From assembly GCA_902784035.1 (NCBI GenBank), contig CACZTH010000161.1:1-43991 (forward strand): DNA of 43,991 bases, written 5' to 3'. Numbering within the stretch: the first letter of the stretch is position 1; each line of letters begins with the position of its first letter. The stretch is from an uncultured Eubacteriales bacterium. Lineage in GTDB: Bacteria; Bacillota; Clostridia; Peptostreptococcales; Anaerovoracaceae. The notes below the pieces were generated by a model that was not told where the DNA came from, did not search any database, and saw nothing but the letters and a program-made list of their open reading frames with translations. The position numbers and the translations under genes are program-made. Shown in pieces: positions 8,915 through 16,620 of this stretch.

Positions 8915-11409
8915 CCCGGGCCGGTATGAGAAGGGTCGCTGTCCGGAGGATCCGGACCCATCTGGGCCGGTTCCTCGCCATCCTCCTGATCGCGGCCCTG
9001 GGAACAGGTTTTTTCGCGGGTCTGAAGGTGTGCAAGAGGACCATGGCGGGGACCCTCCAGGAGTTCACTGTCGCCACTCGTTTTCATGATTTCGAGGTCG
9101 CTTCGACGCTTGGGTTCGAAGGGGAGGACGTCCGCGTCCTCGGGAAGGTCGCCGGCATCCGGTCCGCCGAGGGCAGCCGGTCCCGGGACCTGATCCTCTC
9201 CACCTCCGGGCGTCTTGGCGCCTACCGGGTATCCCAGATCGGGCGGAAAACAGACCTGCCCAGCCTGAAGGCGGGCCGGATGCCCCGGTCCGCGGGCGAG
9301 GCCCTGGGAGACAGCCGGGCCTTCAGCGAGAAGGACCTGGGGAAGACCATTTCCATCGCGGCGGGGAATGAGAAGACCTCGAAGGAGGCTTTCACACGGA
9401 CCTCGTTCACGCTGGTGGGACTCTGTGAGAGCCCGGCCTGGCTGGGGAGCCAGCGGGGGACCACCGACATCGGGGACGGGAGCCTGAAGGGCTTCCTGCT
9501 GGTGCCCGCGGCCGCCTTTCAGAAGGACCAGCCCTATACCTCGATCCTCCTGAGGATGAAAGCCCAGCCCCTGGTCTACTCGGAGGACTATCAGGCTCTG
9601 GCGAAGAAGGTGAAGAAGCAGGTCCGAAAGACGGCGGAGGAACAGGCCAGCAGCCGCTGGCGGAAGATGCTGGCGGAGGTCCGTGAGAAGTCGCCGCTCA
9701 CCTATCTGGTCTCTCCGGAAGACATCCTGAAGATGCGGGGTCTGTCCGAACCGGAGGTCTATGTCCTGGGCAGGGCGGAGAATGCCGGTTACCGGGCCTT
9801 CGAGAATGATACAGGGCTCGTCGCGGGAATCGCGGATCTTTTTCCCCTTCTCTTCATCCTGGTGGCCATGCTGGTCTGCATGACCACGGTCAGCCGGCTG
9901 GTAGAGGAGGAGCGGATCCAGATCGGGACCCTGAAGGCCCTGGGCTACAGTGAGGCGTCTATCACAGGCGGCTACCTCGCTTACGCGGGGCTGGCGGGCG
10001 TCCTGGGCTGGGCCGCCGGCTTCTTCGTCGGGACCCTCTTCTTCCCCAGGCTCCTCTGGTGGGCCTACAGCGTCGTCTATGACTTTCTCCCCCTCCGCTA
10101 CTACTTCAGCCTGCCCCTGGCCCTCCTGACCCTGGGCGCGGTCCTGGGCCTCCTGCTTCTGGTGACCTGGCTGACCTGCCGGGAGACCCTCCGGCAGACA
10201 CCGGCGGCCCTCCTGGTCCCGCCCGCCCCGAAGGCGGGGCGGCGGATCCTGCTGGAGCGGATCGGGCCCCTCTGGCGGCGGTTCTCCTTCCTCCAGAAGG
10301 TGACCCTCCGGAACATGTTTCGATATAAGAAAAGGTTCCTCATGATGCTGGTCGGGATCGCCTGCTGCTCAGGGCACATCCTGATGGCCTTCGGGATCCG
10401 GGATTCCATGGTAGGAGTAGGGGACATCCAGTTCGGCCGGATCCAGAAGTATGACCTGAGGGTCGGGACCGGGGAAGGCCAGGCTGAGACGGTCGCGAAG
10501 GAGGCGAAGGCGGTTCTGCCCGGCTTCCGGGCTCTGGCCGCTGTCTCCCAGACCGGGAAACTTCGGAAGAAGGACGGTTCCCGGCTGGACCAGGTGGACT
10601 TCCTGGCCTTTCCGGGAGCGTCAGAGAAGGAATTCCGGACCTGCTGGAACCTGAAGACGCCGGATGGGAAGGCCCTGTCACTCCCGGAGAAGGGTCAGGT
10701 CCTGATCTGCGAGAAGGCCGCCCAGGAGGCGGGGGTCCGGAAGGGAGGCCGGATCACCCTCTGGTCCGGCGGAACGAAGAGGACCTTCCGGGTAGCCGGT
10801 ATCTTCCGGAATTATGTGGGGACCATCGTGATTTTTTCAGGCGGAGACGGAGCCTACCTTCGGGCGCGGGGGGAGACCGACTGCCTGTTCGCCTTCGTCC
10901 GGGGAGACCGCGGAGAGGCGGCTTCGAAGCTTATGGCGCTTCCGGGCGTCCGGTCCTGCAGCCGGACGGACCAGGCCCGGCGGGACACGGACCAGGCTAC
11001 GGAGAGCCTGAACAGCATCATCTGGGTCATCGTGGCTTTCGCGGCCCTCCTGGCCTTCGTGGTCATTTTCGACCTGACCGGGATCAACCTGGCGGAACGG
11101 AAACGGGAGATCGCGACGGTCATGGTCCTGGGCTTCACAGACCGGGAGACGGCCCGGTACGCTCTTCGGGAGAACCTGATCCTGTCGGTGTTCGGGTCGG
11201 TGCTGGGGCTGCCCCTCGGCGCCTTCTTCCAGCGGATGATCATGCAGAAGATCCGGGTGGAACACATCCTGTATCCGCCGGTCATTCATCCGGCCTCCTA
11301 TCTCCTGGCCTTCCTCCTGACCATGGTCTTCAGCCTGGTCATCGTGGGCGTGGTCCGGGGCAGGCTCCGGAAGATCCCCATGGCGGAGTCCCTGAAGGCC
11401 CAGGAGTAG
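8908..11409 (+). CDS. FtsX/MacB-like ABC transporter permease
   Basis: 833 aa with two FtsX-type repeats ([14 protein letters not shown]; [14 protein letters not shown]) and flanking TM segments. Confidence 0.9.
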   Translation: MVTRAGMRRVAVRRIRTHLGRFLAILLIAALGTGFFAGLKVCKRTMAGTLQEFTVATRFHDFEVASTLGFEGEDVRVLGKVAGIRSAEGSRSRDLILSTSGRLGAYRVSQIGRKTDLPSLKAGRMPRSAGEALGDSRAFSEKDLGKTISIAAGNEKTSKEAFTRTSFTLVGLCESPAWLGSQRGTTDIGDGSLKGFLLVPAAAFQKDQPYTSILLRMKAQPLVYSEDYQALAKKVKKQVRKTAEEQASSRWRKMLAEVREKSPLTYLVSPEDILKMRGLSEPEVYVLGRAENAGYRAFENDTGLVAGIADLFPLLFILVAMLVCMTTVSRLVEEERIQIGTLKALGYSEASITGGYLAYAGLAGVLGWAAGFFVGTLFFPRLLWWAYSVVYDFLPLRYYFSLPLALLTLGAVLGLLLLVTWLTCRETLRQTPAALLVPPAPKAGRRILLERIGPLWRRFSFLQKVTLRNMFRYKKRFLMMLVGIACCSGHILMAFGIRDSMVGVGDIQFGRIQKYDLRVGTGEGQAETVAKEAKAVLPGFRALAAVSQTGKLRKKDGSRLDQVDFLAFPGASEKEFRTCWNLKTPDGKALSLPEKGQVLICEKAAQEAGVRKGGRITLWSGGTKRTFRVAGIFRNYVGTIVIFSGGDGAYLRARGETDCLFAFVRGDRGEAASKLMALPGVRSCSRTDQARRDTDQATESLNSIIWVIVAFAALLAFVVIFDLTGINLAERKREIATVMVLGFTDRETARYALRENLILSVFGSVLGLPLGAFFQRMIMQKIRVEHILYPPVIHPASYLLAFLLTMVFSLVIVGVVRGRLRKIPMAESLKAQE

Positions 11410-11431
11410 GAAGAGCGGGCCCGGCATCCGG

Positions 11432-11484
11432 CGAGGCCTGGGGCCCGGCGGAAAGAGGCAATCCGCCGGGTCCGGCCGGTCTCG
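11432..11484. other. Long GC-rich inverted repeat between the ABC permease and hydE
   Basis: CGAGGCC..GGGCCCGGCGGA pairs with TCCGCCGGGTCC..GGTCTCG. There is no U-tract, so a terminator role is uncertain. Confidence 0.45.
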
Positions 11485-11538
11485 AACGGGTACGGCAAGC
11501 CCCTGTTTCAATTTCCTTTGACGGGAAATATATGAGGT

Positions 11539-12645
11539 ATGACGATGACGGGCGCTGAACAACTGATCGAACGGCTGGAGCGGGAACGCCGCCTTTCTCT
11601 TTCGGAGTATGAGGCCCTGATCCTGGCCGGCCGGGGAGAGACCGGGGCAGATCTTCGGGCTGCGGCGGCGGCGCGGGCTGCCCGGGTCCGGGACGAGAAC
11701 TACGGGAACAGGGTCTTCGTACGGGGCATCGTGGAATTCACGAATATCTGCCAGAATGACTGCTATTACTGCGGGATCCGCCGCTCCAACCAGGAGGTCG
11801 CCCGTTACCGGCTGACCGGGGACGACATCCTCCGCTGCTGTGAGGCGGGCTACGGCCTGGGCATGAGGACCTTCGTTCTCCAGGGGGGAGAGGACGGCTG
11901 GTATGATGATGACCGGATGGCGGCCATCGTTCGCCGGGTGAAGGGGGAATTCCCTGACTGCGCCGTGACCCTGTCTCTGGGAGAGCGGTCCAGGGACAGC
12001 TACCAGCGCCTCTTCGACGCGGGGGCGGACCGCTATCTCCTCCGGCATGAGACCGCGGACCGGGCCCACTACCGGAAGCTCCATCCGGCCAGCATGTCCT
12101 GGGAGCACCGGATGGCCTGTCTCTGCGTCCTCCGGGGTATCGGATACGCCGTGGGCCTGGGCATGATGGTGGGGTCCCCCTTCCAGACCGCGCGTGACCT
12201 GGCGGAGGACCTGAAGCTGATCGAAACCTTCCAGCCGGACATGTGCGGGATCGGGCCCTTCATCCCTCACAGGGACACCCCCTTTCGGGACCAGCCCGCG
12301 GGGACCCTGGAGGAGACCCTCTATCTTCTGTCTCTGATCCGCCTGCTCTGTCCCGATGTTCTCCTGCCCGCCACCACCGCCCTGGGCACCATCGATCCCC
12401 GGGGCAGGGAGAAGGGGGTGGCCGCCGGCGCGAATGTGGTCATGCCGAATCTTTCGCCGGGCCGGGTCCGCCATCAGTATGAGCTGTATGATAATAAGAT
12501 CTGCATGGATGATGAACCGGTCATGTGCAGAAACTGCCTGGACCTCCGGATGCGGACCGTGGGCTGCCGGATCGTGGTGGACCGCGGCGACCGGAGGAGG
12601 GCGGACAGCGCGGAGCGAAAACAGACGGAAACTGAGCCTGAATGA
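11539..12645 (+). CDS. hydE: [FeFe]-hydrogenase H-cluster radical SAM maturase HydE
   Basis: RGIVEFTNICQNDCYYCG (CxxxCxxC), YLLRHET, GIGPFIPH.DTP, PATTALGT, GANVVMPN, YELY, and C-terminal Cx7Cx2C (CMDDEPVMCRNC) as in HydE's auxiliary cluster site. Confidence 0.9.
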   Translation: MTMTGAEQLIERLERERRLSLSEYEALILAGRGETGADLRAAAAARAARVRDENYGNRVFVRGIVEFTNICQNDCYYCGIRRSNQEVARYRLTGDDILRCCEAGYGLGMRTFVLQGGEDGWYDDDRMAAIVRRVKGEFPDCAVTLSLGERSRDSYQRLFDAGADRYLLRHETADRAHYRKLHPASMSWEHRMACLCVLRGIGYAVGLGMMVGSPFQTARDLAEDLKLIETFQPDMCGIGPFIPHRDTPFRDQPAGTLEETLYLLSLIRLLCPDVLLPATTALGTIDPRGREKGVAAGANVVMPNLSPGRVRHQYELYDNKICMDDEPVMCRNCLDLRMRTVGCRIVVDRGDRRRADSAERKQTETEPE

Positions 12646-12715
12646 GATTGCCGCCGCGGGTCGCGGGTCGGCCGGATCGGTCAGATCAACTGGCTCGAAC
12701 CGCCCGCCCCTGGCC

Positions 12716-12743
12716 TTGACAGTCCTTGTGCGGATGATAAAAT
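12716..12743 (+). promoter_or_regulatory. Strong sigma-A-like promoter for the TM1266/nitrogenase-like/hyp operon
   Basis: TTGACA (12716-12721), 16 bp spacer containing an extended -10 TG (12735-12736), TAAAAT (12738-12743). Confidence 0.75.
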
Positions 12744-12815
12744 ACAGATAGATAAGCATTCCATCTGACCGTGAGGTGATCCGAGCGGGAAGCGGAGGAT
12801 GCGGACCGCATTCTG

Positions 12816-12844
12816 ATCCTTCCCGAGCCCGGGAAGGATTTTTT
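12816..12844 (+). terminator. Intrinsic terminator inside the operon leader (attenuator)
   Basis: Perfect stem ATCCTTCCCG-AGCC-CGGGAAGGAT plus TTTTT, lying between the promoter and the RBS (AAGGAG 12855-12860). Confidence 0.75.
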
Positions 12845-12866
12845 GTCAGAAAGAAAGGAGATCGTC

Positions 12867-13130
12867 ATGAGCGAAGAGAAGAGACTGGGGATCGTCGGCG
12901 TCGTGGTGGAGGACCTGACCCAGGCGGAGGCGGTGAACGAGGTGATCCATGACTTCAGCGGCCTGATCGTGGCCCGGATGGGGATCCCCTACCGGGAAAG
13001 GGGGGTCTCGGTCATCTCTCTCCTGGTGGACGGGGGGCAGGACCAGATTAACGCCCTGACCGGGCGGCTTGGCCGGATCCCGGACGTGTACGCCAAGTCC
13101 ATGCTTCAGCGGATGAAGGAACAGGCATGA
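12867..13130 (+). CDS. TM1266-family iron-only hydrogenase system putative regulator (ACT-like)
   Basis: 87 aa: [12 protein letters not shown]...VNEVIH...[19 protein letters not shown]...[11 protein letters not shown]. This family is normally found beside hydE/hydG. Confidence 0.85.
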   Translation: MSEEKRLGIVGVVVEDLTQAEAVNEVIHDFSGLIVARMGIPYRERGVSVISLLVDGGQDQINALTGRLGRIPDVYAKSMLQRMKEQA

Positions 13131-13906
13131 AGAAGATCGCCATCTATGGGAAAGGCGGGATCGGCAAGTCCACGGTGACCTCCAACCTGGCGGCGGCCTT
13201 CGCCATGCTGGGGAAGAAGGTCATCCAGATCGGCTGCGACCCGAAGGCGGATTCCACCATCAGCCTCCTGGGCGGGGAGCCCCTCCAGCCGGTGATGGAT
13301 TACATGCGGGCCTATGATAAGGAGCCCGGGCTGGAGGAGGCCATGAAGGTCGGCTTCGGCGGGGTCCTCTGCATCGAGACCGGGGGCCCGACGCCTGGCC
13401 TGGGCTGCGCGGGGCGGGGGATCATCGCCACTTTCTCGCTGCTGGAGGACCTGGAGCTTTTCGAAAAAGAAGACCCGGACATCGTTCTCTATGATGTCTT
13501 AGGAGACGTGGTCTGCGGCGGTTTCGCCGCTCCCATCCGGGAGGGCTACGCCAGCGAGATCCTGATCGTGACTTCGGGGGAAAAGATGGCGCTGTACGCC
13601 GCGGGCAACATCAGCGACGCGGTGATGAATTTCGAGGACAGAAGCTATGCCCGGGTCCGGGGCGTGGTCCTGAACCGGAGGAATGTGCCGGACGAGGAGG
13701 AAAAGGTGAAGGCCTTCGCGGCCTCCCGGGGCTTCCCGGTGATCGCGGACATCCCGCGGAGCGACGCCATTAATGAGTATGAGGACCAGGGCATGACGGT
13801 GATCCAGGGAAATCCGGATCTGCCGGTGAGCCAGTGCTTCTTCCGGCTGGCGCGGACGCTGCTGGAGGACGAGGACGGCGGAAAAGCGCCGGCGGCGGAG
13901 GCGTGA
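13127..13906 (+). CDS. Nitrogenase Fe-protein-like ATPase/reductase (NifH/CfbC/BchL family), copy 1
   Basis: [32 protein letters not shown] and [11 protein letters not shown]; both [4Fe-4S] cysteines present. Confidence 0.93.
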   Translation: MKKIAIYGKGGIGKSTVTSNLAAAFAMLGKKVIQIGCDPKADSTISLLGGEPLQPVMDYMRAYDKEPGLEEAMKVGFGGVLCIETGGPTPGLGCAGRGIIATFSLLEDLELFEKEDPDIVLYDVLGDVVCGGFAAPIREGYASEILIVTSGEKMALYAAGNISDAVMNFEDRSYARVRGVVLNRRNVPDEEEKVKAFAASRGFPVIADIPRSDAINEYEDQGMTVIQGNPDLPVSQCFFRLARTLLEDEDGGKAPAAEA

Positions 13907-14000
13907 CGGTCCTCCCGCTGGCGGACGCCGGAGGCGGCAGCGGTACGACGGTCTTCCCGCGGGCGGGGCGCCGGCGGAGAAGGGGATGACGGCCGCCCGC
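13905..14000. repeat. Degenerate ~42-bp tandem repeat in the intergenic spacer
   Basis: Units begin GACGGTCCTCCCGC (13905), GACGGTCTTCCCGC (13947) and GACGGCCGCCCGC (13988). Confidence 0.5.
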
Positions 14001-14047
14001 AGGGCAGAATTCGTCAGTTCATGAAAGCGGAGAGAGGCGGAGAAAAC

Positions 14048-15370
14048 ATGCGGAATGACCAGCCCTACAGCATCACAGCCAGGGAGCTCTATGGAGCGGG
14101 ACCGGACCAGATCCCGGATCCCTTCATCCCCAGCTGCCACCTGATCTACAGCTCTCCGGCCACCCTGGCCTATAACTCCCCCGGGGCCATCGGCTTCGGG
14201 GTGAAAAGGGCGGGGCTCCTGATCCCGGAGTCCGTCATGCTCCTGGTGTCCCCCGCCTGCTGCGGGCGGAATTCCACCATTCTTTCCAGTGAGGAAGGCT
14301 ACGCGGACCGGATGTTCTACCTGCTTATGAAGGAGGCGGACCTGGTGACCGGCCGCCACCTGTCCCGGATTTCCCAGGCTATCCGGGAGATCGCGGAGGC
14401 GGCGGAGCCCCGGCCGAAGGTGGTGGTCATCTGCATCACCTGCGCGGACGCGCTCCTGGGCACGGACCTGGAGCGGGTCTGCCGGCGGGCGGAGGCGGAG
14501 ACCGGCCTCCGGGTGGTCCCCAGCTATATGTACGCCCTGGAGCGGGAGGGACGGAAGCCCCCCATGGCCGCCATCCGGAAAACCATTTACTCCCTGCTGG
14601 AAAAGGGCGAAAAAGAGCCGGACCGGATCAACCTGATGGGCTTCTTCACGCCGGTGGATCCGAGGAGCGAGCTTTTCCAGGTTCTCCGGGGGATGGGGAT
14701 CCGGAAGATCGGTCAGGTCTGCCAGTATGACAGCCTGGACGCCTATCAGAAGATGGGCCGGGCCAATTTCAACCTGGTCCTTCATCCCGAGTCCCGCTAC
14801 GCCGCCGAGGACCTGCTGACCCGGCTGGGCATGCCCTATATCGAGTTTCCCCGCCTCTTCCAGCCGGAACGGATCCACCAGCAGTACCAGCTCCTGGCCG
14901 CCGCGCTGGGGACGCGCGCCGAGGACGGCCCCATGTTCGAAGCGGCCCGGAAGGCCCGGGACCAGTTTCGGTCCCGCTACGCCGGCCTGACCTGCGCGGT
15001 GGGGGAGATGACGAACGCCGATCCTTTCGAGCTGGCCGCCTCTCTGGCGGACATGGGCCTCCGGGTGAAAAGCGTCTTTTCCAACGTGACCCCGGACAGC
15101 TTTCCCTTCCTGAAGCGGCTGGCGGCGGCTTCCCCGGATACCCGGATCTACACCGGCATCTCCCCCTCCATGATCCATTATGAAGAGGAGAAGGACGTAG
15201 ACCTGACCATCGGAAAGGACGCCGGCGGATACATCCCGTCCGCCAGGAACCTGGAATGGTTCGGAGAGCTCCAGCCCTACGGTTTCCAGGGCTTTACTGA
15301 TTTTCTGTCCGCCGCCTCCGCCGTCCTGGAGGGACCAGCCTCCGACGAACGAAAGGGGGTCTTCCTGTGA
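14048..15370 (+). CDS. Nitrogenase component-1-like oxidoreductase, D/alpha-type subunit, copy 1
   Basis: VSPACCGR, MKEADLVTG, ITCADALLGTDL, INLMG and YGFQG follow the NifD/E/BchN/CfbD pattern. Start at ATG 14048 (alternative 14021). Confidence 0.85.
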   Translation: MRNDQPYSITARELYGAGPDQIPDPFIPSCHLIYSSPATLAYNSPGAIGFGVKRAGLLIPESVMLLVSPACCGRNSTILSSEEGYADRMFYLLMKEADLVTGRHLSRISQAIREIAEAAEPRPKVVVICITCADALLGTDLERVCRRAEAETGLRVVPSYMYALEREGRKPPMAAIRKTIYSLLEKGEKEPDRINLMGFFTPVDPRSELFQVLRGMGIRKIGQVCQYDSLDAYQKMGRANFNLVLHPESRYAAEDLLTRLGMPYIEFPRLFQPERIHQQYQLLAAALGTRAEDGPMFEAARKARDQFRSRYAGLTCAVGEMTNADPFELAASLADMGLRVKSVFSNVTPDSFPFLKRLAAASPDTRIYTGISPSMIHYEEEKDVDLTIGKDAGGYIPSARNLEWFGELQPYGFQGFTDFLSAASAVLEGPASDERKGVFL

Positions 15371-16620
15371 AAGGCCTGTATCGCTATCTCAGCCCCGCGG
15401 CCCCGGACCAGTCCGGCGCGGTCTCCGTCCTGTTCGAGCAGGGCGGCCTGATCGTGGTCCTGGACGCCGGCGGCTGCACCGGCAACATCTGCGGCTTCGA
15501 CGAGCCCCGCTGGTTCCTCCGGAAGAGCGCCGTCTACTCAGCGGGCATCCGGGACATGGACGCCATCCTGGGCCGGGACGACAAGCTGATCGACAAGCTT
15601 CAGGAGGCCGTGGACACCGCCGACGCCCGTTTCATCGCTCTGATCGGCACCCCCGTTCCCTCTGTCATCGGCACCGACTACCGCGCCCTGGCCCGGCTGG
15701 CCCGGAAGCGCTACGGCCTCCCGGTGATCTGGACCGACACCGCCGGCATCGACAGCTACGAGAAGGGCGCGTCGAAGGCCTACCTGGCCCTGATCGATCT
15801 GGCGGAGGAACTGTTTGGCGGGGAAAAAGCTGACCGGCGGGCGTTCCCTTCCTCCGTCATGCCCGCTCCGGGCGTCCCGGCCGCCGGGACGACGGCGGCC
15901 GGGAGCGCCGATGCCGGAAGCACGGAGGCCCCCGGCTCTGGCTCTGGCTCCGCCCCGCTGCCTGCTGGCCGCGTCCTGGTCTGGGGAGCCACGCCCCTGG
16001 ACCTGCCGGCGGCCGACGGCGCCCTCTGCCTCCGCCGGAGGATCGCGGCCCGGGAGGGAGTGCCGGAGGATCAGGTGGTCACCATCGGCATGGACAGCCG
16101 GCTGGAGGATCTCCGGGACCTGGGCGGGGTCCGGAAGAACCTGGTCTGCGCGCCCTCCGGTTTCGCGCCCGCCCGGCGGCTGGCGAAGGCCTTCGGTACC
16201 CCCTGGGAAGCCTGCTTCCCGGTGCCGCCGGAGGCGGCCGGCCTGGCCCGGGACATCCCCCATGCCTGCCGGGTCCTGATCCTCCACCAGCAGGTCCTGG
16301 CGGACGGACTCCGGGAGGTCCTGGAAGCCGGCCGGCCCGACCTTCAGATAACGACGGCCTCCCTTTTTACCATGGATCCGGCCCTGGCCCGGCCGGCGGG
16401 CGGTTTCGACGGATTGGCGGCCCCGCCTGACACCGAGCTTCCCGGCGAGGATGAGCTGGTCCGTTTCGTGAAGGAAAACCATTTCGACGCGGTGATCGGA
16501 GATCCCATTTACTTCCGGGCCCTGAAGAGCCCGGAGCTGATCCGGATCCCTCTCGCCCATTTCGCGCAGTCAGGGGGCATGTACCGGCCCGCCTGTGATG
16601 AGGACGCATGGATAATATGA
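15367..16620 (+). CDS. Nitrogenase component-1-like oxidoreductase, K/beta-type subunit, copy 1
   Basis: DAGGCTGN..FDEPRW, DAILGRDDKL, GTPVPSVIGTDY, WGATPLD and IGDP; GTG start overlaps the upstream stop. Confidence 0.82.
   Translation: MKGLYRYLSPAAPDQSGAVSVLFEQGGLIVVLDAGGCTGNICGFDEPRWFLRKSAVYSAGIRDMDAILGRDDKLIDKLQEAVDTADARFIALIGTPVPSVIGTDYRALARLARKRYGLPVIWTDTAGIDSYEKGASKAYLALIDLAEELFGGEKADRRAFPSSVMPAPGVPAAGTTAAGSADAGSTEAPGSGSGSAPLPAGRVLVWGATPLDLPAADGALCLRRRIAAREGVPEDQVVTIGMDSRLEDLRDLGGVRKNLVCAPSGFAPARRLAKAFGTPWEACFPVPPEAAGLARDIPHACRVLILHQQVLADGLREVLEAGRPDLQITTASLFTMDPALARPAGGFDGLAAPPDTELPGEDELVRFVKENHFDAVIGDPIYFRALKSPELIRIPLAHFAQSGGMYRPACDEDAWII

Noticed and set aside
11511-11529. ATTTCC-N7-GGAAAT palindrome before hydE as an operator
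   Set aside because: It is short, occurs once and matches no regulator I can name.
11539-12645. Radical SAM gene as BioB or PylB, with pyrrolysine read-through of the TAG at 35261
   Set aside because: HydE-type motifs (YELY, GANVVMPN, Cx7Cx2C) and the TM1266 neighbour favour HydE. No pyl genes or tRNA-Pyl are in the window, and TAG is an ordinary stop in several genes here.
13127-16620. Calling the triplets DPOR/COR, CfbCD or methylthio-alkane reductase
   Set aside because: There are no tetrapyrrole genes or NifB-like MarB nearby and the ligand pattern differs. metY is over 12 kb away behind several terminators, so it gives no real sulfur-pathway link.
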